From the NCBI GenBank assembly GCA_963707025.1, contig CAVPOM010000018.1, positions 256,001 to 320,000 on the forward strand: 64,000 nucleotides of DNA, given 5' to 3'. Below, one piece after another: positions 50,837-60,698 of this stretch. Source of the DNA: an uncultured Verrucomicrobiae bacterium. GTDB taxonomy: Bacteria; Verrucomicrobiota; Verrucomicrobiia; Limisphaerales; Palsa-1400. How positions within the stretch are numbered: position 1 is the stretch's first letter; every line of letters begins with the position of its first letter. The translations under genes and the position numbers were made by a program. The notes beneath the pieces were generated by a model. It was not told the DNA's origin, did no database searches, and saw only the letters and a program-made list of their open reading frames with translations.

Positions 50837-53800
50837 CTATGGCGACACGACCACGTAGAAGCGCTGGGCATCGGCCAGATTGATGGCGCCATTGAAGGTG
50901 AAATTTCCGCCGCCATCAAAAGAGCCGCTCCCCGCTGTGGTCCAGCTTGCGAACGGCAAGGTCGCATCGGTGGCGGAGAGGACACGATAGGTGGCGGTGG
51001 GCGACCCGCCGGTGCCGCTGATGGTCAAGGCGGTGCCGGAAACGGCAATCGCGCCAATGCTGACCGGAATCGGCGCCATGACCGAGAGAGTGCCGTTGAC
51101 CGCCAGGTTGTTGGTGTTCCAAATCAAGTTCGGCCCGGGGATCGCCGGCACAATGCTGGTGAACGAGCCTGCGTAGGCCGCGGCGCTGAAGAGCTTGAAG
51201 CTGTCGCCGGCCTGGAGGGCGCTGCCGCTGTTCGGCACGGACAAGGCGCCGGCGAAGGTGAGTGTTCCAACGGTCAAGAGCACCGAGTTGGATGGCGCCG
51301 CGCCGCGGTTGATGGACATGGCGGTGGTGCTGCCCGCAAGGTCCGTCACGCTGCCCAGGACGCTGAGCGAGGCCACCGTGCCGGAACCGCCCGGGGAGAG
51401 GGTTCCGCTGTTGGTGACGCTGCCGCTGATGGCGCCAGTGCCGAAATTGGTCCCCGTGGAGGTGATGGCGACATTGCCGCCAATCGTTCCCACGCCGGTT
51501 TCGGTCCCGTTGTTGGTGACACTGCCGCCGATGGCCCCAGTGACATTAAGTGTCGCCCCCGCCGCCACGGTCACGGTGCTGGCCGCCGCCAACGAGCCGC
51601 TGACGGTGAGCGTGCCATTGCCGACTGTGGTGGGGCCGGTGTAAGTGCAGGCTTTGGCCAGCGTCAGAATGGCGGCGCCCAGCTTGGTCAAGCCGCCGTC
51701 CGGCGTGGCGCCCAAGGTGCTGTCGTGTTGGAGGGGTTCAAGAACGCTGATGGCAAAACCGCCGTCATCCAGGATGGCGCCGCCGCTCTTGACGATGGTC
51801 GTGATCGGAATGATGGGAGCGACGGTGCTTCCCTGGTAGAAGGTCGTTGAGTTCGTGCTGGCCTTAAGCGTGCCGCCATCGAAATTAAACACGGCGGTGG
51901 AACCAGTGGAAGACGACGTTGAGTTTGCGGTAGCGGTGCCGACTCTGGCGACCGTCAATATCCCGCCATTGAGGTTGACCGTGCCTGGAATGCTGCTGTT
52001 GATGCTGCGCGATACATCCAGCGTGCCGCAGTTGACAGCCCCGGAACCACTGACCGTCAGAACGCCCGGTCCACGGCTGGCGACGTAGAACGTGCTGGTG
52101 GGGTCGGCCGCAGAGCCGATATTCATCGTCCCGCCGCTGTTGGTGACAAAGGAAGCGCCGCCCGTGCCGTTGGCCCCTTGAAACTGGCTGCCGATGTTGA
52201 GTGTCCCGCCCGTTTGGTTGATCATGCCGGTCGAACCACTCGCAATGCCGGTGTTGAAGCGAGCCAACGTGGTCAAGGTTCCGTTGACCATGTTGAACGT
52301 GGCGGTGGCATTGGCCAGATCGCCAACCTGGTTGTCCTGGCCGTTGATCCCGGCATTGGCCGGGGTGCTGGTGAAATTGGGGGCGCTGCTGGCTGAACCA
52401 AAGTTGAAGGTGCCGGCCAGGATTTCAAAGCCCCACGGCAGGGTAATGGGAGTTGACGCCGGATTATCCATCAAAGTCCAGTTGGCGCTGCTGTTGGTCA
52501 TCTCGAGGGAGTTGGTCCCAGTGCCGCCCCCAGCGGGACAGGTGAGGTTGTTGGATAGAACGCCGTAGCCGTTGAAGAAATTGGACGTGGCATTGGCCAG
52601 CTCATTGAGTCCTCCGCCAATGATCAACGGTGCGGCGGCGGAACTGCCGCCATCGAAGGCAAAGCTGCTGCTGAAATCAATGCCCAGATTAATCGTCTGG
52701 GGATTGGATGAGTCGTTTATGAGGATGCCGTTGCCCATCTGAATATTATTGCCGTTGAGGACGAATGGCCCGGCCCCGGCCACGAAAAGAATGTTGCCGT
52801 ACTGGCTGTCCGCCGGGGTGTCGTTGGTGTTGTCGAGCCGTGTATTGCCTGCAAAGTACAAGGGACTGCCGGGCGCGATGGTGATCCCGCCCCAATTGGC
52901 GCCATCGCTCCAGTCGCTGCCGGTCACACTGCCTCCATTCCACAGCGGCGGCCCGCTCCCAGGATTGGCCGTGATGTTGACCTGTCCCGCAGTGCTGGTG
53001 TCCAGGGTGAAGGCGTAGCCGGTGGAAGTGGTCGGTACCGCAGGCGCGGTATTTAAGGTCAATGTGCCCGAATAATTGAAGAGGCGGTAAGGAACACCCA
53101 ACTGCAAAAGCCCCCCCAGCGCGTTGATGGAGAGGGTGCCGCCATTGAAGGTCAAATCGCCATTGACGACCACCAAATCGTTGACGCCGCCACCGACGGT
53201 GTTGACCGCCGCGAGGTCAAAATCCACCGTGCCCGAGCTTTCCAGCGTCAGACCGCCGCCCGCCGTAATGGTGCCCGCGGTGTTGGCGCCTCCCGGAGTC
53301 AGCGTCCCGCTTAAATCCACCAATCCCAAGGCCGGGCCGACGCCGGAAAGAGTGCTGCCCGAAGAGGTGGTGACCGCGCCGCCCAGGGTGTTGTTCAGGT
53401 TCAAAGTCCCGGCCGTAAGCGTGCTGGCGCCGGTGGCGGCGGTATGGTCGCCATTGAGATTAAGAGTGCCGGCGTTGACCTGAAGACCACCGGTAAAGGT
53501 GTTGACGCCGTTGAGATTAAGCGTGCCGGTGCCGGTGTATTTGGAGAGGATGCCCTGGCCGCTGATCACTCCGTTCAGATTGAGCGTGGTGGTGCCGTCC
53601 ACCTGGATTTGGCCGTAGGAATTCAAGCCGTTCAAGGTGATGGGGCCGGTGACGTTATTCGAGCCGCTGTTGTTGCGCAGCGTGCTCAGGTCCTGGAGAA
53701 TGATGTTCTTGTTCAGGGCGTTGCTGGTGTTGTAAAGGAAAAGAACGGCGCCGTCCTCGACGGTGAGATTGGCGGCGGGGTTGCCCAGTCCGGTGGTGCC

Positions 53801-56311
53801 TCCCTCATAGTCCAGTGTGCCGCCCTGGATATCAATGTTGGCCAATTGGGGATCCACCCAGGCGCTGACGATGCCGAGGAATCCAGTTCCCAGGAGGGTC
53901 AGGTTGTAGCCCTGGCCGCTGGTGCTCAAAGCCGCTGTGCTCGTGGCGGGCGAGGCGCCGACCACGCCGGCATCGCCGCCAGGGGAGCGGAGATCCCAAC
54001 GCCCTGCGGTGGGACCGCCGGAAGTGCTGAAAGTGGTGTCGCCGGTCAGAGTGACAAATTCCAGCCCCAAATCATTGGGCACGGTCGCGCCGCTGTTGTC
54101 AATGGCGCCTTGAACGCCAACCCCGGCGCCCTGGGCGAAGACCGGTATGGCCCCGAGGCTTTGGCCGCTCAAATCGAGGATCGCTCCGTTGTTAATGGTA
54201 ATTCGGTTGGTGCCCAACGCGGTCGCGCTCCCCGCCTGGAGAATGCCGTTCGAGACGGTGACGCTGCCGGAGAAAGTATTGGCCCCGCTCAAGTTGAGCG
54301 TTCCGCCGCCGCTTTGGACAAGGGAGCCCGAGCCGGAAATGAGGTTGGGAAAACTGCTGATGCCACCGTCGAAGATGAGGGTGCCGTTGTTGACCACCGG
54401 GCCGGTCCCCAAGTTGCCCGACCCGTCGTTGTTGCCGACCTGCACGGAGCCTGCGCTAATGAGCGTGCCGCCGCTGAAGGTATTTGGCGTGAATTCATCC
54501 ATGATGAGAAGGCCCGAGCCTTGCTTGACCAGTTGCAGATGCAGTGAGGGCGTGGGATCGGCCAGAGGGCCGATGCCGCTCAAGGTGTAAGTGACCGCAT
54601 GGTTGCTCACCGTCAGCGTGGAAGGAGTGAGCTGCGTGGTCAATTGCACCAGGCCGGGCGTCGGGCTGCCGGGCGCGGTCGTGTCATCAAACTGCACGTA
54701 GTCCAATTGATTATAGTATGTCGGGGCGCCTTGCGCGTTGGTCCAGTTCAGGCTCGTGGCCACATCCCAGGCCTCCGTGCCATTGTGCGCGGTGTCGGTT
54801 CCAGCCCACCAGAGCGATCGCGCCGGGACGGGACCGCTGGTCAGCACCAGATCAATCAGGTTGGCGGTGTTGGTTTCGAGATGCCCGACATAGGGCACGC
54901 CGGCCAGGGACGGCAACGGGGTGGTGAGCACGAAATTAGTCAGGCTGAGGGTGTTGCTGTAATTGATGAGGTGGAGGGTGACCGGATAGCCTGCCACCGT
55001 CGGCAATTGAGTGATAGTGATGGTGTTGGCCGAGCCGCCCAGGCTCAAGGCCCCAACCACCACATTGGTTGAGGAGTCGCTCGGAACCTTCAGCAGCAGC
55101 GTCGTATTGGTCATCGTCAGCGTGTTGGGATTGGCCAACGGGCCGGTCAGTCCCGACAAATCAAGGGTCGTATTGGTGTACAAGGTGATCGCGGAAGTGC
55201 TGGGAAGATTGGCGGAACCGGCCAAGACCAATGTTCCTCCCTCAACCACCGTGGCGCCGGTATAAGTGCTCAAGTTGGAGATCACCAAAGCGCCGGGGCC
55301 GGTCACGGTCAGGCCGAAGGCGGTGTTGCTGATGCCAGCGAGGGTCAGGGTGCCGGCCAGATTGGTGATGATGGTATTGGCGGTCAGGATCACGGCGTTC
55401 GTGCCCAGATTCAGGCTGCTGCTGCCTGGGAAGGTGAAGTTTCCGCCCAGTTTGTAGGTACCTTGGCCAAGGGCAAGCGTGCCCGCTAAGCCACTGGTGT
55501 TGTCAATCGTCCCCCCATTGATCGCGAAGCTGGCCGCAGGTCCGGCGAATCCTTGGAAGGCGTCGGCCAACGCAGTCGCCGACCCAAATTGAAGCGTGCC
55601 GGCCGTCAGCGTGAGGGAACCATTGGCACTCCCGTTGGCAGCGCCAAAATTGCTGGTTTTAGTTTGGTTCAGTTGCACCGTCCCGCCGGGCATATTCATG
55701 ATGTTGGGAGTAGTCGCGTTTCCGTTGGCCAGAAAAGCGTCCTGGAAGTTAATTATGCCATTGCCGGCAAAGGTGACGGGGGTCTTGTTAAAATTGAAAC
55801 CATTATTATTTGCCGTGGTGGTCAGGGTCAACGTGGCGCCCGAATTGACCGTCCATGTTGCAGCAGCTCCCGCCCGCACATTGACCGTGCCGCTAAAAAT
55901 GACATTGATATTGGCGCTGCTGCCGGGGCTGTTGATGAGAACGCCATTCACATTCTGGCCCAGATCCAAATTAATCGTGACGGTTTGATTATTAAAGGCC
56001 GTGTCCGTTCCATTGTTGCCGATGGTCAGTTGGTCGCTGGCGGTCCAAATTGCCAAGGGGGTTCCGGTGTCCGACGTGGTGTTCCAGAAGATGCCGTTCA
56101 TGTCGCCGGCGACGTTGCCTGCGGCGAAATAAAGCGCCGGACCGTTGGCGGCAAAGGCAGCCGGGGCCAGGCACCCAAGCGCCAGCATCGTTCCGGCCCA
56201 GCCGCCAAAGAACCACCCTGGGCGGCGCCGCGGCGTCAGGAACATCGGGCGGGGAGATGTTTTGCAGCAATTCTTCATGGGTTCCGACTGATTTTGGGTT
56301 GTTGCTTTCAT
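50837..56311 (-). CDS. Large secreted protein with autotransporter-associated beta-strand repeats (1824 aa)
   Basis: Repeated L.K.G.GTL.L.G.NT(FY)(ST)G...V..G.L units; G/T/N/S-rich; long signal region; ends FYVVVSP. Confidence 0.9.
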   Translation of the reverse strand: MKATTQNQSEPMKNCCKTSPRPMFLTPRRRPGWFFGGWAGTMLALGCLAPAAFAANGPALYFAAGNVAGDMNGIFWNTTSDTGTPLAIWTASDQLTIGNNGTDTAFNNQTVTINLDLGQNVNGVLINSPGSSANINVIFSGTVNVRAGAAATWTVNSGATLTLTTTANNNGFNFNKTPVTFAGNGIINFQDAFLANGNATTPNIMNMPGGTVQLNQTKTSNFGAANGSANGSLTLTAGTLQFGSATALADAFQGFAGPAASFAINGGTIDNTSGLAGTLALGQGTYKLGGNFTFPGSSSLNLGTNAVILTANTIITNLAGTLTLAGISNTAFGLTVTGPGALVISNLSTYTGATVVEGGTLVLAGSANLPSTSAITLYTNTTLDLSGLTGPLANPNTLTMTNTTLLLKVPSDSSTNVVVGALSLGGSANTITITQLPTVAGYPVTLHLINYSNTLSLTNFVLTTPLPSLAGVPYVGHLETNTANLIDLVLTSGPVPARSLWWAGTDTAHNGTEAWDVATSLNWTNAQGAPTYYNQLDYVQFDDTTAPGSPTPGLVQLTTQLTPSTLTVSNHAVTYTLSGIGPLADPTPSLHLQLVKQGSGLLIMDEFTPNTFSGGTLISAGSVQVGNNDGSGNLGTGPVVNNGTLIFDGGISSFPNLISGSGSLVQSGGGTLNLSGANTFSGSVTVSNGILQAGSATALGTNRITINNGAILDLSGQSLGAIPVFAQGAGVGVQGAIDNSGATVPNDLGLEFVTLTGDTTFSTSGGPTAGRWDLRSPGGDAGVVGASPATSTAALSTSGQGYNLTLLGTGFLGIVSAWVDPQLANIDIQGGTLDYEGGTTGLGNPAANLTVEDGAVLFLYNTSNALNKNIILQDLSTLRNNSGSNNVTGPITLNGLNSYGQIQVDGTTTLNLNGVISGQGILSKYTGTGTLNLNGVNTFTGGLQVNAGTLNLNGDHTAATGASTLTAGTLNLNNTLGGAVTTSSGSTLSGVGPALGLVDLSGTLTPGGANTAGTITAGGGLTLESSGTVDFDLAAVNTVGGGVNDLVVVNGDLTFNGGTLSINALGGLLQLGVPYRLFNYSGTLTLNTAPAVPTTSTGYAFTLDTSTAGQVNITANPGSGPPLWNGGSVTGSDWSDGANWGGITIAPGSPLYFAGNTRLDNTNDTPADSQYGNILFVAGAGPFVLNGNNIQMGNGILINDSSNPQTINLGIDFSSSFAFDGGSSAAAPLIIGGGLNELANATSNFFNGYGVLSNNLTCPAGGGTGTNSLEMTNSSANWTLMDNPASTPITLPWGFEILAGTFNFGSASSAPNFTSTPANAGINGQDNQVGDLANATATFNMVNGTLTTLARFNTGIASGSTGMINQTGGTLNIGSQFQGANGTGGASFVTNSGGTMNIGSAADPTSTFYVASRGPGVLTVSGSGAVNCGTLDVSRSINSSIPGTVNLNGGILTVARVGTATANSTSSSTGSTAVFNFDGGTLKASTNSTTFYQGSTVAPIIPITTIVKSGGAILDDGGFAISVLEPLQHDSTLGATPDGGLTKLGAAILTLAKACTYTGPTTVGNGTLTVSGSLAAASTVTVAAGATLNVTGAIGGSVTNNGTETGVGTIGGNVAITSTGTNFGTGAISGSVTNSGTLSPGGSGTVASLSVLGSVTDLAGSTTAMSINRGAAPSNSVLLTVGTLTFAGALSVPNSGSALQAGDSFKLFSAAAYAGSFTSIVPAIPGPNLIWNTNNLAVNGTLSVMAPIPVSIGAIAVSGTALTISGTGGSPTATYRVLSATDATLPFASWTTAGSGSFDGGGNFTFNGAINLADAQRFYVVVSP

Positions 56312-56624
56312 AGTTTTCTCACGTTCATTCCGACCCCAAACTCGAAAATAATACGGTGTCCAGTTCGCTTCGGGATTAGTTGTGCCTGAATCATGCCATA
56401 ATCCCGCCTGGGGTTGTATTGAACGTTTGTTCTATGAACTGCGCCCGGCCGGAGGAGGGGATCGGACGCGCGGCTATTTGCCGGTAATGCGCCAGAACCT
56501 GTGAAAAAATTAAAAAAAGTTAAAATCTGTTGTCTTAAGACGTTGATTGACAAGGCCGGTTTTTTGCATCTTGGCGGCCTTTTGAATTTTTTCACAAATT
56601 CTCAGTGACGGCGGGGCTGGGGAG

Positions 56625-56698
56625 GTGGGGTCGCCTCGCCGAGGCGACCGCTCCGGCGAGAATCTCCAGCGGACAGCTCGGCGAGCCGCTCCTGCCCC
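56625..56698. repeat. Degenerate REP doublet
   Basis: GGTCGCCTCGCCGAGGCGACC ... GGACAGCTCGGCGAGCCGCTCC palindromes. Confidence 0.6.
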
Positions 56699-56815
56699 CC
56701 CATGACGGACGCATTACGGAAAAATGGCGTGGCCAATGGCGTGCGGTTTCTCAGCCCGCTTGCCTCCCACGGGCTACATGGCGTGAGGTTGTCTCCGAGG
56801 CGATTAGATTCATCC

Positions 56816-56877
56816 ATAACTGAATGATATACAGGCTATTACGCATTTTATTGGGCAAAACTATGGTCTGACCCCTT
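56816..56877 (+). repeat. 62-bp inverted repeat, left copy
   Basis: ATAACTGAATGATATACAGGCTATTACGCATTTTATTGGGCAAAACTATGGTCTGACCCCTT; 58/62 identical to reverse complement of 59965-60026. Confidence 0.92.
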
Positions 56878-56913
56878 CGACCCCTTTGACAATTCTTCAG
56901 CACTGTTGGCGCG

Positions 56914-57558
56914 TCACTTTGCCAGCACCACGTGCATGGCGGCGGTGCTCATCACATGCTCTTTGCAGCGGTAGCCGAGCTTCAAAAGGTCAATGCCATC
57001 CAGAAGACGTTCGCCGCTGCCAAGCACCGTGGGCGACGCGACCAGATGCATTTCATCAATCAATCCTGCTTGCAGGTATTGCCTCACGGTAGCGGGGCCG
57101 CCGCCGATTCGAATGTCCAGCTCACCGGCGGCTTCCTTGGCCCGCTGCAAGGCCGCGTCAATGCCGTCGCTGACAAAATGAAACGTGGTGCCGCCTGCCA
57201 TCTCCAGCGGCGGACGCGGATGATGCGTGAGCACGAACACCTGCGTGTGATACGGTGGATTGTCGCCCCACCAGCCTTTCCATGAGTCATCGGGCCATGG
57301 GCCGCGCACGGGGCCGAACATATTGCGGCCCATGATCCATGCGCCGATGCGCTGGAACGAGCGTTCCGCAAAGTCGTTGTCAATGCCCGTGGTCCCATCC
57401 TTGCCTCCGCCGTGCATTGTCTGAAACACACGGGTGGGAAAGACCCACTGCATCAGGTCCGTCCCCTTGACGCCGAGGGGATGGTCAATGTCCTGATTGG
57501 AACCGGCACTGAAGCCGTCAAGGGAGATGCCGAAACAGTGAACGCGAATTTTTGACAT
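56914..57558 (-). CDS. Dihydrofolate reductase/RibD C-terminal family protein
   Basis: ISLDGFSAG, IMGRNMF, VFVLTH, GGPATVRQYL..GLIDE, P.VLGSG. Confidence 0.9.
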   Translation of the reverse strand: MSKIRVHCFGISLDGFSAGSNQDIDHPLGVKGTDLMQWVFPTRVFQTMHGGGKDGTTGIDNDFAERSFQRIGAWIMGRNMFGPVRGPWPDDSWKGWWGDNPPYHTQVFVLTHHPRPPLEMAGGTTFHFVSDGIDAALQRAKEAAGELDIRIGGGPATVRQYLQAGLIDEMHLVASPTVLGSGERLLDGIDLLKLGYRCKEHVMSTAAMHVVLAK

Positions 57559-57571
57559 GGCTGCCTGGTGG

Positions 57572-57976
57572 TTACTGGGTTGTTTCTCGGTTGCCGCCGC
57601 GCCGCTTTTCGCTTTCGCGCATCATTTCAGACATATCGAGCGCGGGACGTATCTCGAACGGCCCGGCCTTCACCCCGGGATGTTTGGACATCAACTGAAT
57701 GGCGTGGTTCAAATCGCGCGCTTCCAGGATGAGGATGCCGCCGAGCTGTTCCTTTGTTTCGGCGTAAGGGCCGTCGGTAATGCAGACCTTGCCATTTTTC
57801 CAGCGCAGGGTCGTCGCCGTTTGCGGCGGCTGCAACCCTTCACCGGCGGCGAAATGTCCCTTCGTCCGCAACTCCTCGTCGTAGGTCCAGCACTCGTCCA
57901 CCATCGCGTTGCGCTCGCTTTCGGACATGGATTCAAATTTGTTCGCCTCAATGTAGCCAAGGCAGATGTATTTCAT
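57572..57976 (-). CDS. YciI/DGPF domain protein
   Basis: [18 protein letters not shown]. Confidence 0.9.
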   Translation of the reverse strand: MKYICLGYIEANKFESMSESERNAMVDECWTYDEELRTKGHFAAGEGLQPPQTATTLRWKNGKVCITDGPYAETKEQLGGILILEARDLNHAIQLMSKHPGVKAGPFEIRPALDMSEMMRESEKRRGGNRETTQ

Positions 57977-58008
57977 AAAAAAATTGGGTGTTGCGAGCTT
58001 CAGCTTCG

Positions 58009-58371
58009 TTATTTGAAATCCTCCATCTCGTAGAGCGGGCGGATCTCGATGTCCGAAATTTCGCCGGGCATCGGATTCGGGCAACGCTTGACCCACTCAA
58101 TCGCCTCCGCTAGCGACTGGCATTTCCAAAGCCAGAAACCGGCGACGAGTTCCTTCGTTTCGGTGAAAGGCCCATCGGTCACGGTTCTTTTCGTTCCGGA
58201 AAAAGTGACCCGCGCTCCCTTCGAGCTGGGCTTCAATCCGTCACCGGCCTGCATGATGCCGGCCTTGATCAGTTCCTCGTTATATTTGCCCATCGCGGCG
58301 AGCAGCTCCGGCGTCGGCAACACGCCAGCTTCCGAATTCTTCGTTGCTTTGACCATTACTATGAATCTCAT
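58009..58371 (-). CDS. YciI/DGPF domain protein
   Basis: [20 protein letters not shown]. Confidence 0.9.
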   Translation of the reverse strand: MRFIVMVKATKNSEAGVLPTPELLAAMGKYNEELIKAGIMQAGDGLKPSSKGARVTFSGTKRTVTDGPFTETKELVAGFWLWKCQSLAEAIEWVKRCPNPMPGEISDIEIRPLYEMEDFK

Positions 58372-58417
58372 TTCTTGTTCTCCTGTTGATTGGTTAAATT
58401 GACTGTTCCACAAGCTG

Positions 58418-58444
58418 GTCGTTTGGCGTCCGCGCAATTCGACA
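58418..58444 (-). promoter_or_regulatory. ECF42-type promoter upstream of DGPF genes
   Basis: Minus strand TGTCGA-N17-CGAC, matching the TGTCGA / CG(A/T)C elements described for ECF42. Confidence 0.7.
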
Positions 58445-58460
58445 ACGCCCCTCACTTTTT

Positions 58461-59720
58461 TTAATCAGTTCTTTCGTCCAGCTCCCGCAGCCGGTTTTCC
58501 AGGAAGCGTCGTTCCTGTTCCTGCTGTGTCAGTGACAAGGCACGTTGATAGGCCGAACGGGCTTCATCCTTCCTGCCCAAACGCCGGCACAATTCCGCCC
58601 GGGCTGAATGTGCCAGATGATAATCAGCCAGATCGCCCCTCGCGATGAGCGCTTCAATCAGCGCCAGGCCCGCTTTCGGCCCGTCGCGCATCGCCACGGC
58701 CACGGCGCGGTTCAGCTCCACGACCGGCGACGGCTCGGCCTGCGCGAGCACACTGTAAAGCGCGACGATTTGCGGCCAGTCCGTCGCGGCGGCATCGCAC
58801 GCCTCCGAATGCACGGCGGCAATCGCCGCCTGCAGCGTGTAAGGGCCGAACCGCCGCGACAACAACGCCCGCTCCACCAACTGGATGCCTTCCGCGATTT
58901 GCCCGCGATTCCACAACGAACGGTCCTGGATCTCCAAAAGAACAAGTTCGCCCGACGGCGAAGTTCTCGCCGCGCGCCGCGATTCCTGCAAGAGCATCAA
59001 CGCGAGCAAGCCCATCACCTCCGGCTCGGGCAACAATTCGAGCAGCAACCGCCCCAACCGGATGGCTTCCGCCGAAAGTTCCGCCCGCGTCAGCGACGCG
59101 CCCGATGATGCGTAGTAGCCCTCGTTGAAAACCAGATAGACCACCTGCAACGCCGTGTCCAGGCGGTCAGGCAGTTCCTCCGCTGAAGGCACCTGGTAAG
59201 GAATGCGCGCGTCGCCAATCTTCGCCTTCGCGCGCACGATGCGCTGGGCGAGCGTCGGCGCGGTGGTGAGAAAGGCGCGGGCGATTTCTTCCGTCGTCAG
59301 CCCGCAGACTTCGCGCAAGGTCAACGCCACTCGCGCTTCCGGCGCGAGCGCGGGATGACAGCAGGTGAAAATCAGGCGCAATTGGTCGTCAGCCAATCCG
59401 TCATATAATCCCTGCACTAAATCGTCCGTCGCGTTTTCAAGTTGAGCCGTGATTTTTTCCCGCGACGCATCAAACCGCGCGCGGCGGCGCAACACATCAA
59501 TCGCTTTGAACCGTCCAGTTGAAATTAGCCATGCGCGGGGATTGGCCGGAACACCATCCAGCGGCCAGCGTTCGAGTGCTGCCGCGAACGCATCATGCAC
59601 CGCATCCTCGGCCAAATCAAAATCGCCCAGCAACCGGATGAGCGTGGCCAGGATGCGCCCGGACTCCGCGCGATAAAGGCTGTCCAGAGTTTGGCGAACT
59701 TGTTCACTTGCGATATTCAA
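58461..59720 (-). CDS. ECF sigma factor with C-terminal TPR extension (ECF42-like)
   Basis: DLAEDAVHDAF, LRLIFTCCHPAL, EEIARAFL, AQRIVRAK, YLVFNEGY, QDRSLW; TTG start inferred. Confidence 0.9.
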   Translation of the reverse strand: MNIASEQVRQTLDSLYRAESGRILATLIRLLGDFDLAEDAVHDAFAAALERWPLDGVPANPRAWLISTGRFKAIDVLRRRARFDASREKITAQLENATDDLVQGLYDGLADDQLRLIFTCCHPALAPEARVALTLREVCGLTTEEIARAFLTTAPTLAQRIVRAKAKIGDARIPYQVPSAEELPDRLDTALQVVYLVFNEGYYASSGASLTRAELSAEAIRLGRLLLELLPEPEVMGLLALMLLQESRRAARTSPSGELVLLEIQDRSLWNRGQIAEGIQLVERALLSRRFGPYTLQAAIAAVHSEACDAAATDWPQIVALYSVLAQAEPSPVVELNRAVAVAMRDGPKAGLALIEALIARGDLADYHLAHSARAELCRRLGRKDEARSAYQRALSLTQQEQERRFLENRLRELDERTD

Positions 59721-59964
59721 TCGTAGTCCAAGCTGAAGGTTGAATGAATGTTTGTTCTGGCCGCAGCTTACCACACACCATAGCACGCACAATGCGAGCG
59801 TGCCGATGCAAAGTGCTTTCTGCCCTCTCCTGCGTCACGCAAATGCTGGCCAAAGAGGTTTTCAGCCTCTGGCCACAAGTCCCGGCGCGAAATCCTAATC
59901 GCACGCCCCGCCCCGCCTCGGCGAGCACTGTCAAGGTGGAGCCGCCAACACAAATCAAAGATCA

Positions 59965-60026
59965 AAGGGGTCAGACCATAGTTTTGCCCAATAAGATGCG
60001 TAATAGCCTGCAAATCATTGAGTTAT
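59965..60026 (-). repeat. 62-bp inverted repeat, right copy
   Basis: AAGGGGTCAGACCATAGTTTTGCCCAATAAGATGCGTAATAGCCTGCAAATCATTGAGTTAT. Confidence 0.92.
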
Positions 60027-60129
60027 AGATTGGTCTATACAAGCCCGGTATGCCCTCTCACCATGACGCCCGCGCGATGCGACCTCCCTGAGAAACCGCG
60101 CCCCAGTGCCCTTGCGCCACCCTTCTTGC

Positions 60130-60221
60130 CATTTATCATTTATCATTTTGCCTTTCCCGCCACCCCCCTCCCCTCCGCGCATTCCTTCATTCATAATTTA
60201 TCCTTTATAATTTTATAATTT
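60130..60221. repeat. Degenerate 7-bp tandem repeats
   Basis: catttat catttat cattttg ... ttcataa tttatcc tttataa; related to 10087-10121. Confidence 0.55.
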
Positions 60222-60389
60222 CCCATTCCCCTGCCCGCGATGGTGGGCGACGGCATGGAGGTGAGGCGAGGGCTGAACTGGCGGCCGGGCAGCACGAGCG
60301 CCGCCTGGCCGTCCTCATGGAAACGGCAGCGCTGCAAGGGGTTACCGGTAGTATTGCACAAAGCATGGGCGTTTTAACACCTCCGAAGA

Positions 60390-60540
60390 TGTAACGGCAT
60401 GTAACGGGGGTGTAACGGCTCTAAAATGCGTAAGTGCTTGTGGTGCAACAGGTGTAACGATGTAACGGCTGTAACGGAGCAATGCTCCCCTTCCGCTTGA
60501 CTTCACCATCATACCCAATGTGTGTAACGATGTAACGGCT
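60390..60540 (+). repeat. Cluster of eight TGTAACG direct repeats
   Basis: TGTAACG at 60390, 60400, 60411, 60453, 60461, 60470, 60523, 60531. Confidence 0.85.
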
Positions 60541-60698
60541 GTTTCCGAGCAATGGTCGCGAGCGGACCCTGCGCTACTTCCAGCGGTTGTCCTGGCGGAA
60601 GAAATCCACTCAAAACAGCGCAGAACCCGAAAAATCTGCGTTTGCAAACTATATAATCCCGCACCGCCCCCGGGCGGAGGAAGGGAGCGGGCGGGCGG

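Noticed and set aside
56816..56877. dif/Xer site or ordinary Tn3 terminal repeat
   Set aside because: No XerD-arm TTATGTTAAAT match. The GGGG tips face the cargo, and no transposase or flanking 5-bp duplication was found.
60390..60540. CRISPR array
   Set aside because: Units are 7-10 bp without unique 30-40 bp spacers, and no cas genes are in the window.
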